Shown here in pieces: positions 24,310-37,384 of a stretch of 64,000 nucleotides of DNA. The DNA lies in contig OZ024749.1 of the NCBI GenBank assembly GCA_964016885.1, forward strand, positions 28,024,001 through 28,088,000, read 5' to 3'. This stretch comes from Eledone cirrhosa. Its lineage: Eukaryota. Both the position numbers and the translations under genes were made by a program. Positions within the stretch are counted from its first letter, which is position 1. Each line of letters opens with the position of its first letter. Under the pieces are notes generated by a model, which saw only the letters and a program-made list of their open reading frames with translations, did not search any database and was not told where the DNA came from.

Positions 24310-26845
24310 ACTTTCATTAGAAATATGGTAATGAAAGGGTGAAAGAGTTTATATTTATCTAAAACCTCCCATCCTAAATTTATACAAGGACCTTTATTAA
24401 GTTATGTTTAAACACTAACATAATGATGAGTAAGTTAGGTATATTACTAACTTCCTCCCAAATCATAAACAAGGACTTTCATTAGAAATATAGTAATGAA
24501 AGAATTAGTATTTATACAAGGACCTTTGTTAAGTTATGCACCAACTTAATACTGAAGAAGTTAAAAATATTACTAAATCTCTCCCAAATCATAAACAGCA
24601 TCTTTCATTAGAATATCTCTAACATCAAATTCCATAACAACTATGGAATTTACACCTGCAATGTTGCGACGTCACCTTAAGAATAAGTGCAACTATGCCT
24701 CCCCTGGTGTTGATGGTGTTACATACCTGCTTCTCAAACGTGGCGGGTACTTCCTTTTGCACCAGCTTTCTTTCTTCTTTCAATACTGTCTCAACAATGG
24801 TGCTACTCCGGAGCAGTGGAAAACTGCCAGTGTCATTCCCCTGTTCAAAAAGGGCGACTGCACGTCACCTGTCAACTATTGTCCAGTCAGTCTTACTAGC
24901 TGTATTGCCAAACTGATGGAATCCTATGTCAGAGAAACACTTTGGAACTTCTGGAGCTCTCACAGCCTCATCTGGCCCTTGCAGTTTGGATTTATCCCTA
25001 ACTCCAGCTGCTGTGATCAGCTTATCGAGTTCCTTGAAGACATTACCCGGATCACTGACAGCGGCTCATGGGTGGATGTTGTTTACCTTGACTTCGCTAA
25101 GGTTTTTAATTCTGTGTCACACAAAAGACTTATGGCAAAACTCTCTGCAATGGGTGTGAGGGATGATCTTTTTAACTGGTTGAAATCCTTCATTCTCAGC
25201 CGAAAAGAGGTAGTCACGGTTCTAGGACAGCATTCTTCACCATATGAGATGTCATCTGGTGTACCACAGGGATCTGTTCTTGGTCCCCTTTTGTTTGTGG
25301 CTTATATTAATGACATAGATGCCAACTTACAGAATGCCACGGTACTGAAATATGCAGATGACATCAAGCTGTACCTTGAAATCAAAAGGACTGATCCTGA
25401 AATCTACAACTCTTTCCTACAATCAGACCTGGACACAATGCAGCAATGGGTCACAGACTGGCAACTGAAGCTGGCTGTGGACAAGTATACCACCATGCAT
25501 TTTGGGAGGAAAAATCCAGCGTCCACATACTCCCTCCACAACACTGATATCAAGAAGTCCTCTTGTGAATGTGACCTGGGCATTACTGTCAACAGCCATT
25601 TGCGTTGAACAAAGCATGTCTCTAAATTATCAAGAAGGCCGAGGGTGTCTTGGCATCACTCAGCAAGACCTTTGTTAGCCGCTCTCCAGCCATCTATTTA
25701 AAGCTGTATACAGCTATGGTACGACCACACTTGGAATTCGCATCATCAGTCTGGAACTCCTATCTTGTTCAGAACATTGACCTCCTGAAAACTGTTCAGA
25801 GACGTGCAACCAAGCGCACACCCTCCATCAGACACCTACCATACTCTGAATGCCTTGCTTCCCTGGGCATGGATTCATTGAAGCTCCGACGTCTGGCAAT
25901 GGACTTGGTAAACACCCACAAAGTTATTAACCATCTCGCCAACAACAACCCTGAGTACCTTTTTAATCTCCATGTGTCTAACACACGTGGACATGCCTAC
26001 AAAATCAGAAAACAGCACAGCTCCCATGACTTTCGGAAACATTTTTTCACGCTCAGAGTTGCTGAAGCATGGAACAAACTGCCTGCGTCAGTTGTTAGCT
26101 GCCGAGACACTGCATCCTTTAAAACCCTCATGCTTCCCAAAACTCGCCAAAACTACACCTGATGTACCCCTTCCATACACATGCACACATGTGTATATCA
26201 TGACTCATGCACTGTTCATTTTCCTGACGTTTGTACATTACCCTATGTACTATACATACACTTTTTGATGAGTTGTAGTGCACCTGAGCACTGTACACAA
26301 TATTTCATTATTATTATTATTAAATATGGTAATGAAAGAGTTAAAATGTTTATATTTATCTAAAACCTTCCATCCTAATTTTATACAAGTCCCTTTGTTA
26401 AGTTATGTTCCAAACACCAATTTCATACTGAAGAAATTAGTTATATAACTAAATCCCTGCTCTAAATCATAAACAGTGTCTTTCATTAGAAATATGATAA
26501 TGAAAGGGTTAAGGTTTTTATTTTTATCTAAAACCTCTCAGCATGGTTCTACCCAAAGACCTTTGTTAAGTTATGTTCCAAATACCAACTTAATATTGAA
26601 GAAGTTAGTTATGTAACTAAATCCCTCCCTAATCATAAGCAGTGCTTGTGATAAGAAATATGGTAATGAAAGGGTTAAAGTGTTTATGTTTATCTAAAAC
26701 TTCTCAGCATGATTCTACCCAAAGACCTTGTTAAGTTATATTCCAAACACCAACTTAATACTGAAGAAGTTAGTTATGTAACTAAATCCCTCCCAAATCA
26801 TAAGCTGTATCTGTGATAAGAAATATGGTAATGAAAGAGTTAATG
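24310..26845. repeat. ~165-bp tandem repeat derived from a piggyBac-type MITE end, interrupted by a CR1 insertion
   Basis: Repeated TTAGAAATATGGTAATGAAAGGGTTAA..TTTATCTAAAACC..TTAAGTTATGTTCC on both sides of 24613-26322. Confidence 0.75.
24613..26322 (+). mobile_element. 5'-truncated CR1-group LINE with nearly complete RT domain
   Basis: SPGVDGV..WKTASVIPLFKKG..PVSLTS..QFGF..YLDFAKVFNSV..SGVPQGSVLGPLLF..YADD; stop and frameshift near 25608-25650; 3' hairpin and (ATT)n. Confidence 0.95.
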
Positions 26846-27116
26846 GAGACTATTTTAAAACAGAAACAATACTTCATTATTTCATGTTTGTGTCGGTATT
26901 AGCTTATTATAGAAACAGCTAACATTAGATTTGTCGTAATCGTTGATTGTAAAGAATTGATTGTTGTTAGGTAAAAAAAAAATAAAACCCTTTGATAACA
27001 ATGAAAACATTTATTCATCATAGAAGACTGCAGCATGAAATACATAGAAAATATATAGCAACATGGTGGAACCAATTGGGCAGAAATGAAGCTGATAAAA
27101 AAACAGTTTTCTAAAA

Positions 27117-28530
27117 GTAGTGGTGATGGTGGTGGTGGAGATAGTGGCTGTAGTAGTGGTAGAGGTGTTGTTGGTGGTGGTGTTGTTGTTGTTGTTGGTG
27201 GTGTTGTTGTTGGTGGTATTGTTGGTGGTAGTGTTGTTGTTGTTGGTGGTGGTGTTGTTGTTGTTGGTGGTGTTGGTAGTGGTGGGTGTAGTGTTGTTGT
27301 TGTTGGTAGTGGTGGTGGTGGTTGTAGTGTTGTTATTGGCAGTGGTTGTTGTGGTGGTGTTGTTGTTGTTGTTGTTGGTGGTGGTGCTGGTGGTGTTGTT
27401 GTTGTTGGTGCTGGTGGTGTTGTTGGTGCTGGTGGTGTTGTTGTTGTTGGTGCTGGTGGTGTTGTTGGTGCTGGTGGTGTTGTTGTTGGTGGTGGTGTTG
27501 TTGTTGTTGGTGCTGGTGGTGTTGTTGGTGGTGGAGGTTGTGTTGCTGTTAGTGGTGTTGTTGTTGTTGTTATAAGTGGTGGTACTGTTGTTATTGGTGG
27601 TGGTGGTGGTGACGTTGGTGGTGGTGGTGGCAATGGTGGTGTTGATGGCAGCAGTAGTGGTAGTGACAGTAGTAGTGTTGATGGTGGTATTGTTGTTGTT
27701 ATTGGTGGTAGTAGTGGTGGTGTTGGTGGCAGTGGTAATGGTGGTTATGGTGTTGGAACCAATTGGGCAGAAATGAAGCTGATAAAAAAGATAGTTTTCT
27801 AAAATAACTGCTGTTAAATTTACCCAACTAGGATTGATAATATATATGGACACCTGATCAAAAACTGACACAGTATTTCAACTAATCAGTAATAACTTTA
27901 TTTTACACCCACCATTATTATGTTGACTTTTATGTTTTATGTAAAAAGCAGGAACAATATATAACCATTGTCTGCTAGGGGAAAACTGTTGTTGGTGGTG
28001 GTGGCGGTTGTGGGAGTGTTTGTGGTGATGGTGTTGTTGTTGGTGGTGGTGGTGGGGGTAATGGTGTTGTTGTTGATGGTGGTGATAGTGGTGGTATTGG
28101 TGGTGGTAGTGGCAGTGTTGGTAGTGGTGGTGTTGGTGGTGGTAGTAGTGGCAGTGTTGGTAGTGGTGGTGTTGGTGGTGTAGTGATGGTGTTGGTGGTG
28201 GTAGTGGTGGTGTTGGTGGTGTAGTGATGGTGTTGGTGGTGGTGTAGTGATGGTGTAGGTGGTGGTAGTGGCAGTGTTGGTGATGGTGGTGGTGTTGTTG
28301 TTGTTGGTGGTGGTGTAGGTGTTGGTGTTGGTGTTGGCAGTGATGGCAGTGTTAGTATTGTTGTTGGTGTTGGTGTTGGTGGTGGTGATAGTAGTGGTGG
28401 TAGTGACAGTGTTGGTGGTAGTAGTGATGGCAGCGATGGTGTTGATGGTGGTGGTGGCAGTTCTTGTGGTGGTAATGGTGGTGGCCGTGTTTGTAGTGGC
28501 AGTGTTGTTGGTGATAATGGTGATGGTAGA
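27117..28530. repeat. (GGT/GTT)n compound simple repeats in two blocks
   Basis: Direct reading, 27117-27753 and ~27988-28530. Confidence 0.9.
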
Positions 28531-28935
28531 ATTGTTAGAGCGTCAAACAAAATATTTTACAGCATTTTGTTACTCCCTTCTATAATCTGGTCTCAAATCC
28601 TGCCAAGGTCAACTTTACCTTTCATCCTTCCAAGGTCAATAAAATAAAGTACCAGTAACATGCTGGGGTTAATATAATTGACTTTCCCCTCAAAAGTAGA
28701 AATTATTATAGTTGTTGTTATTGTTGTTACTGCTGCTGTTGTTGTTGTTCTTGTTATTGTTGCTATTGTTGTTGTTGTTGTTGCTGCTGTTGTTGTAGGT
28801 GTTCTTGCTGCTACTGTTGTTGTTGTTGGTGTTGTTGTTAAAATAGTGTAAAGGAAGTCAGAATACAACACATTAAAAGATTAGCCAACCAAATATTTTC
28901 TGGTTATATTAACAACACTGATGCTGCTACTGTTG

Positions 28936-29955
28936 CTACTATTGTTGTTGCTACTACTGTTGTTGCTTCTATTGTTGTTGCTACTACTGTTGTTGCTTCT
29001 ATTGTTGTTGCTACTACTGTTGTTGCTACTACTGTTGTTGCTTCTATTGTTGTTGCTTCTATTGTTGTTGCTACTACTGTTGTTGCTTCTATTGTTGTTG
29101 CTACTACTGTTGTTGCTTCTATTGTTGTTGCTACTACTGTTGTTGCTACTACTGTTGTTGCTTCTATTGTTGTTGCTACTACTGTTGTTGCTTCTATTGT
29201 TGTTGCTACTACTGTTGTTGCTACTACTGTTGTTGCTTCTATTGTTGTTGCTTCTATTGTTGTTGCTACTACTGTTGTTGCTTCTATTGTTGTTGCTACT
29301 ACTGTTGTTGCTACTACTGTTGTTGCTTCTATTGTTGTTGCTACTACTGTTGTTGCTTCTATTGTTGTTGCTTCTATTGTTGTTGCTACTACTGTTGTTG
29401 CTACTACTGTTGTTGCTTCTATTGTTGTTGCTTCTATTGTTGTTGCTACTACTGTTGTTGCTTCTATTGTTGTTGCTACTACTGTTGTTGCTTCTATTGT
29501 TGTTGCTACTACTGTTGTTGCTACTACTGTTGTTGCTTCTATTGTTGTTGCTACTACTGTTGTTGCTACTACTGTTGTTGCTTCTATTGTTGTTGCTTCT
29601 ATTGTTGTTGCTACTACTGTTGTTGCTTCTATTGTTGTTGCTACTACTGTTGTTGCTTCTATTGTTGTTGCTACTACTGTTGTTGCTACTACTGTTGTTG
29701 CTTCTATTGTTGTTGCTACTACTGTTGTTGCTTCTATTGTTGTTGCTACTACTGTTGTTGCTTCTATTGTTGTTGCTTCTATTGTTGTTGCTACTACTGT
29801 TGTTGCTACCACTGTTGTTGCTTCTATTGTTGTTGCTACTACTGTTGTTGCTTCTATTGTTGTTGCTTCTATTGTTGTTGCTACTACTGTTGTTGCTACT
29901 ACTGTTGTTGCTTCTATTGTTGTTGCTACTACTGTTGTTGCTTCTATTGTTGTTG
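28936..29955. repeat. 15-bp two-variant minisatellite, 68 units
   Basis: A=CTACTACTGTTGTTG and B=CTTCTATTGTTGTTG interspersed. Confidence 0.97.
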
Positions 29956-30067
29956 CTGCCTTATCATCTATTTTTAATTTTCTACCTTATAAACACACAA
30001 TACCATTATTGAAACATCATCATTGCCATCATTATTATCATCATGTAAAACTTATTTAATATATAGT

Positions 30068-30945
30068 GGAGGCGCGTGGCTTAGTGGTTAGAGCATTGGG
30101 CTTGCAATCGAAAGGTTGTGAGTTCAATTCTCAAACCGGGTGATGTGTTGTTTCCTTGAGCAAGACACTTTATTTCACATTGCTCCAGTTTACTCAGCTG
30201 TAGAAATGAGATGATAGGGACTGGGGTCCCTATCATTCCACTGCAAAGTGGTCATGGAGGTGCCACGGCAAAAAAGCACCCAGCACTCACTGTAAAGTGG
30301 ACGTGTAGGGTCCAGGGAAAAAAAGCACCCAGCCCACATTGTAAAGTGGACGTGGAGGTGCCAGGGAAAAAAAGCACCCAGCCCACACTGTAAAGTGGAC
30401 GTGTAGGTGCCAGGGAAAAAAAGCACCCAGCCCACACTGTAAAGTGGACGTGTAGGTGCCAGGGAAAAAAAGCACCCAGCCCACACTGTAAAGTGGACGT
30501 GGAGGTGCCAGGGAAAAAAAGCACCCAGCCCACACTGTAAAGTGGACGTGTAGGTGCCAGGGAAAAAAAGCACCCAGCCCACACTGTAAAGTGGACGTGT
30601 AGGTGCCAGGGAAAAAAAGCACCCAGCCCACACTGTAAAGTGGACGTGGAGGTGCCAGGGAAAAAAAGCACCCAGCCCACACTGTAAAGTGGACGTGGAG
30701 GTGCCAGGGAAAAAAAGCACCCAGCCCACACTGTAAAGTGGACGTGGAGGTGCCAGGGAAAAAAAGCACCCAGCACTCACTGTAAATGAGGTTGGTGTTA
30801 GGAAGGGCATCCAGCTGTAGAAATCAAGCCAGAATCAGTTCCCATATGAGCAAGACAAGGTCAGCCGACCGGACACTGCCCACAACAGGACAACCTGTCT
30901 AACCCATGCTAGCGTGGAAGAACGGACGTAAAACGATGATGATGA
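30068..30945 (+). mobile_element. Full-length tRNA-CORE SINE with long RTE-B tail and an internal ~11 x 49-bp tandem expansion
   Basis: GGAGGCGCGTGGCTTAGTGG head; unit GTGCCAGGGAAAAAAAGCACCCAGCCCACACTGTAAAGTGGACGTG(G/T)AG with period 49. Confidence 0.92.
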
Positions 30946-31427
30946 TACACTGATCACCACCACCACCACCACCATCATCATCATGGCAAAGACACACACA
31001 CACACATATATATATATAGGGTAAAGGACTATAGTTCTCTGAGGCACATGTCTGGGCAAGGTTGTTTGTGGAAGATCAGTAGTCACACATGCATACCAAT
31101 CTTACCTCTTACACCACTGATGTTGTCCAAGGGAAAAGCAACAGCCTGGTACCAGTGACATCGCAACTCATTTCTACAGATGAGTGACGTAAAATACTTG
31201 AGTGACGTAAAATAAAATGTTTTGCTCTAGGACACAATACATCACCTAGTTCGAGAATATTTATCTTGGAGTGTAGCATTTAAATTGATCACATCCTCTT
31301 TCACTATGCACACACATTTGAATATCCCCACCACCACCACCACCAAATTCTTGAATATTTTATCAATTATTTAAAAAATCATAGGCAGTGTCTTTCATTA
31401 GAAATATAGGAACAAAAGTATTAAGAA

Positions 31428-31612
31428 TAATTGTTTCTACCTTTGGCACAAGGCCAGCAAATACCAGTACATTACTGGTACTTTATTTTATTGACCTCTG
31501 TATGGATGAAAGGCAAAGTTAACCTCGGCGGGATTTGAACTCAGATCGTAAAGGGACGTAACTATGCTGGAAAGCATATCCGACCCTCTACCGATACTGC
31601 CAATTCACCACC
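31428..31612 (-). mobile_element. Second-family (Meta-like) SINE
   Basis: Homology to 17556-17745. Confidence 0.8.
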
Positions 31613-32368
31613 CTCAATCAATTCACTGCCCTTAAAAGTTTTAAGAATAATAAGAAATAGTTCCTATCAGAGTAGAGTTGGCTGCCTGTAGGAGTGAGCC
31701 CCGTGAGGTGGAGTGGCTATTCCCGTGTGTCTTCCTCATCTTACTGCGTGGAAATTTATTCTCCATCCTGTCAGCCTGGACCAAGAGCAGGAAGATAAGA
31801 TTGTAGGCGTGAAGGTTACTTGTTCACACACACACACACATACACACACACTTACATATATATATATATCCTAGTGTGGGAAAATGGGCGTTAAACGACG
31901 ATGATGATATATATATATAAATGTGGGTGGTGTTAAGAAGTGCATCCAGCCGTAGAAAACCTGTCAGATAGTCCTATACGAGCGAGATACGGTCACCCGA
32001 CCAACCTTGCCTCAAATTGGGACAACTTCCGTCTAACCCATGCTAACGTGGAAGATGGACGTTAAACGATAATGATGGAGTTCTGCGTCTTTCGTTTGTA
32101 TTTTTATTTTCAAAAAATTATTTTTTAAGATTTCCTCCTCAAAAAAATTGTTTTTCCTTTTGCTTTGTTTTCGTTCACGTTCATTGTCGATGTCTTCACT
32201 GTTAATTTTGCTAAGTTGACAAATACCAAGCTGGATCAATAAAAGGGAGATAACTCATAAAGGGAGTTAATGAGTTAATGGGAGGTAATTCAGCGTAGAA
32301 GTCGTTAAATATCTTAAATTCTTTATTTTATTTTTTACTTGATATAAGGAACGTCTATTTTTATACTG

Positions 32369-32579
32369 TAACCCTTTCTATACCAAACTGCCCGAAGCCA
32401 CTCCGGATTTATAATACACAGCTTCTCATTATAAAATGTCTATACTTATATCAAATTCTTTCAGAGTGAAAGACTTAGTTATTTGATTAAATCCCTCGAA
32501 ATATTTGATTATTTTCAAAAATAGTTTAAATACATAAGCAGAGTATTTTATAAGTATGGTGTGGTAATGAAAGGGTTAA
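32369..32579. mobile_element. piggyBac-type MITE
   Basis: TAACCCTTTC...GAAAGGGTTAA termini. Confidence 0.6.
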
Positions 32580-32716
32580 TGGAAGGATTAATATGTTGTT
32601 GTTGTTTTTGTTGAAATATATAGGCCCTGTATTTCATAAGAAGTATGGTAATGAAAGGGTTAAAGGAAGGATTAACATGGTGTTGTTATTGTTGTTATTA
32701 TTATTATTATTATTAT

Positions 32717-33350
32717 TCGTCCAGTGTCCGAGCATTGCTGACTTGTGGGATTATGTCAAACACCTGCTGTCACGTGTAGGGCGGATCCAGCTATCAGCTG
32801 AGTCCATCGTGAGGATTGCCCCGCCTTCTTCCTTTAGCCGGAAGGGCAGGCAGTTTTTATCTGTCTGGTGGCCATGGCGAAAGAGATAGTATGGTGGACA
32901 CGTTTGAAAGGGCTGAAGATGAGCACTTACCTCTTCGGTGATGCCCTGATTAGCTTTTTCAAATTTCATTTGAAAAGGAAAATCAGGGTAAAGAGGGAAG
33001 TGCTCTCTTCCCAGCATTTTGTTAAAAGATGGGTGAGAGAGGCAAGTATGGCCCGAGTGAATGGGCCTACTCTGAGTATGTGTCTGTAAATTAAAGGTGG
33101 AAAACTGGGAGAGGCCACTTGCCCTAGTGGTCAGGGTCACTGTGGCCTTTTAATGGGCTTTCTCCACAAATGTCCCTCGGAAGTCTCCCCCTATTGGGGA
33201 ATTTTTCATTGTTATTTTTTGTTACATCCTGTTTTTGTTTTTTTTACACGCAGAAATGCCCATTTGTACCGTCCTGTATTGTCCTGTACTGTCCTTAATG
33301 TCTACTTTATGTAAACCCTTGTGGTTAATAAAGAAAGCATTATTATTATT
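32717..33350 (+). mobile_element. Tx1/L1-clade LINE 3' fragment
   Basis: FVQCPSIADLWDYV..(frameshift)..LVAMAKEIVWWTR..FVKRW resembles the post-zinc-knuckle C-terminus of Tx1/L1 ORF2. T-rich UTR with AATAAA; a related UTR lies at ~36225-36385. Confidence 0.7.
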
Positions 33351-34169
33351 CAGTAATGCACTGGGTAATTGCTGGCCTTGTGCCTAAAGTAGAAACAATT
33401 ATTATTATTATTATTATTATTATTGCCCTTGTGGCCAATAAATGAAACAATTATTATTGTCGTTGTTGTTGTTGCTTTTGTCGAAATACATAGGTAGTGT
33501 ATTTCATAAGACATATGGTAATGAAAGATTTAATATGGTGTTGTTATTGTCGTTGTTGTTGCTGTTCGACAAATTAGATCCAGGAGAGAGCTTATGCTGG
33601 AAGCCGTTCCAGCCATGACCACATTCAGTGTCTAAGAGAAAAGGGCCCAGCTGATACATCAATCAAGGGTTTCAGGAGAGACAAGAAGTCTCTAAATATC
33701 TGTTCCTTGCCCAGATCCAAGAACCCCACCCCTCCCCATAAAAAAACTCAGTCCCCATTGAATTTTGCAAACAGTTCACCCTATCCATCCCAGTCCCACC
33801 TGTCATGGGAGCCCCTGAAAACAGTCTGTTTCTGCTTTACCAAAATTTCTCTTGGAGGCCCGGACCATTCCTTCCCTTTTTTTATATCAGGCTGATCTTT
33901 TGAATTACAGTTATAGTTCATCATGTGTTATAGAGCAATTGGTTGAGTATTCCAGAGATTCATGTGCCCTTAACATTATTCTCAGGGAGATTCAGCATGA
34001 CACAGCATGAGACATATCTAGCCTCATTGAATTACAGGTACAGTCAATTTGACAGGCTTCTAAGCAGTTCCTGTCTATCTAATTTCACTCACAAACCTTA
34101 GGTCATCTCAAGGATTTGATAAAAACAAGGAGCATGAAGTTATTGTGGCTATGGGGGTTGTTGCCATCT

Positions 34170-34600
34170 TCTTCTTCGCCCACTTATTCCTGAGGGGGTT
34201 GTGGGGGTAGAGTTTTCAGATATGCCTTTCAGTAGGTTCTGTCAGAAGCAACCATCTTCAGTTAATCTGGCTGGATCCCCAAGTGAGAGCAGCCAAGCTC
34301 ATGGATGTTATCCAACCATCTTGCTCTGGGTCTAACCCTTGGGTCTCCTACCAGTTAGATTTGCCCATGAAATCTGTCCAGCAATTCTTTCCTGAGACTT
34401 TCTAACCACATGTCAGTAATATTGGAGCTGTGATCTCTCAATTAAGAGAAGTAGCCGCTCTACCTGGATCAACTCACTGATCTCTATGCTATGCCCTCTA
34501 TCAAGTAACATTACTTTAAAGACTCTTCAGAGGAACCCCATTTCAGCCATTTGTATTTGAAATCGTATTCTTTTGGTCATTTACCAAGATTCAGGTATTA
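34170..34600 (-). mobile_element. Degenerate RTE (Expander-like) 3' fragment
   Basis: Homologous to 4555-4935 on the opposite strand. Confidence 0.7.
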
Positions 34601-35032
34601 CTCAAGATGGTTAGTTGTGATATAAGTGGGCTCCTGCCAGATGAATAAGCAGCCTCAGACCAATCAGCAGGGATGGGATGGGCACACAAAGGTTGTGTAA
34701 TAACAAAGGATTACTATATCTACAGCAGTTTAGAAAATTGGTTAAGATACCCCAAGAGGCGGGAAAAAATATATAAGTCCATCCTTTAAGATGGTCTTGC
34801 TGGTGACACAATGAAAAAGTACCCAGTCCAACCCGATAGTTGGTCATTTTGGTGTCACTACAAAAAGCACCCAGTCCATGGTGTAAATGTGTTTGGCATT
34901 AGGAAGGGCATCCAGTTGTAGAAACCCACCAGAAACAGTTGTGTGAGAGCAAGACACAGTCACCTGATTTGACTTATCTCACAATGTCAGGACAACTCGT
35001 CTAATCCATGTGAAAAAAAGGATGAAGATAGT

Positions 35033-35225
35033 AATAATTGTTTCTACTTTTTGGCACAAGGCCAGCAATTACTCAGTGCATTACTGGTACTTTATTTTAT
35101 CGACCCCGTAAGGATGAAAGGCAAAGTTAACCTCGGTGGGATTTGAACTCAGAATGGCAAGGGCCCTAACTCTATACGTCAAAGCATGGCGTCCGACCCT
35201 CTACCGATACTGCGAATCCACCGAG
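35033..35225 (-). mobile_element. Second-family (Meta-like) SINE
   Basis: Homology to the other copies. Confidence 0.8.
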
Positions 35226-35797
35226 TAATAATGATTGTGTGTGTGTGTATGTGTGTTTGTGGGTGTGTGGGTGTGTGTGTTTGTGTGCATATATGTGTAT
35301 GTATATATGTGTGTGGGGGATGTGTATGTATATATATGTGTGTGTTTGTGTGTGTATGTATATGTGTCTGTGTTTGTGTGTGCATCCCTCTTGTTCCACC
35401 TAAAAATAAAATCAGCTCTGCTGTCCTTGAAAAGAGATTTATTTAATATGCCAAGCAGTGGAAGTGAACTCGGAAAACTGTATGATTATGAAGCACCATT
35501 CTTAACTGATCATCCATGCTGCAATTTAAATATGGATTCTGCAACAGTGGCGCTAACTAAAAGGGTGTCAGAAGCAACCATGCAGCATCTGAAGATGTAA
35601 AAAAAAAAAAAGCAGTAACATAAAAACAAATACGCCAAATAAATCTAAAAAAGATGCTGTAAGATCAAAGAGAATGTAAAGAGAATACTAAAGTTCTTCC
35701 TATAATTTAAAGTCTTCTGTTTACTTCCTAATTATAACTTCATATACACACACTCTCTCTTGATGTGTCTGCACGTGGGCATATATATAACTATCTA

Positions 35798-35895
<98 letters not shown>

Positions 35896-36009
35896 AATAT
35901 TTATATCCTCATCTCTCTTCAATATATATACACATGTATACATTCATATAACATATATATATATGATATATATAAATGTATATATACATACATGTATATA
36001 TGATATATA

Positions 36010-36045
<36 letters not shown>

Positions 36046-36443
36046 TATAAAGTGCCAGAGCCCGATGGTTGAGCTCTTGCCATTTCAACAGTTAGATAGC
36101 TCTATCTTTCTAGAGTGAATGGGCCTTCTCTCTATATCAGCCTGTAGGTTGAGGAAAAGGAGGAGGAGAGGAAAGGAGTACAAGCTCTTCGTACTCCTGG
36201 AGATGAGGGTTGCACATTTTTTTCGGGGGTCTGTGTTACCCATATAAACTGTCTCCCTCTATTGGGGAAAATCGACTAACTTTTAAATTCCATCTGTGAT
36301 AACATTTTACACGTTTTTATTGTATGTAAACTTCCCCCTTTGTATTTGTCCCCTTCTTTTGTGCCCCTGTGGCTAATAAAGAAATATATCTATCTTTCTA
36401 TATATCTATTTATTTCAGTCTCTCTCTCCATTTCTCTCTCTCT

Positions 36444-36498
<55 letters not shown>

Positions 36499-36795
36499 AT
36501 CTATGTATATATATCTGTCTCTCTTTTTGTCTGTCTGTCTGTCTCTCTCTATCTGTATCACTTCCTTTTCTCTCCTTCAAATTTGTTCTCTTAACCATTC
36601 AGGTTTAACACACACATACACACGTGTGAACACACACACACACACACACCCACCATAGTACTCCCCACCCAAACCTTTCTCCATTCCCCTCTCTCTCTGT
36701 CTTCACTCCCTCCCCCCTGTATTCAGGTTTAACACACACACACAGAATACACACACACACTGACTCACACACAGACATACATTTACAGACATACA

Positions 36796-36848
<53 letters not shown>

Positions 36849-37384
36849 TCACACACACACCATAAATCCCCCCCACTCCCACAATTCTCTCTCTGTTGCT
36901 TCCTCTCTCCATATTTGTCTTACCTTTCTTTCTCTCTCTCTTCCAATCTCCATCTCTCTTACTCTATCTCCTTAGTTCTCTCTGCCTCTCTCTCTTTCTA
37001 TATATATATAGATCTCTCTGCCTTTTTTCCACTCCCCCTTCTCTCTCTCCCTCTTCACCCTCTCCCTCTCTCCATTTCTATCTATCCCGCTATGTACATC
37101 TCTCTCTCTCTCTTTCTATCACACTTTTACCTCCTTCTCTCCGCTCTCTCTATATGTATAACCCCACAACCACCTCCTGTTGTCTCTCACCTTTAGTTCT
37201 CCACTCCCTCCTCCTTCATCTGTGTTAGTTCCTCACTTCCCTCACACTTCCCCCACAAAATCCCTCAAACTCCCCACCACCACCACCAAGTCCTTCACAA
37301 TCCCCCCTCCCACTCCCCACCACCAACATCACCAAGTCCCTCCACAATTCTTCCCACACCCACATCATATAACCCATTTAACAA

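Noticed and set aside
24643-26162. Active reverse transcriptase gene
   Set aside because: 5'-truncated with no endonuclease, and has a stop and frameshift near 25608-25650; a dead LINE copy.
30068-30140. tRNA gene at SINE heads
   Set aside because: Box A/B are present, but the acceptor and anticodon stems are imperfect and it runs into the CORE domain, so it is a SINE head.
31670-31825. GC-richer island with GATGAGG and GTGGAAA motifs
   Set aside because: The motifs are on opposite strands and do not assemble into a ribozyme; no recognisable ORF.
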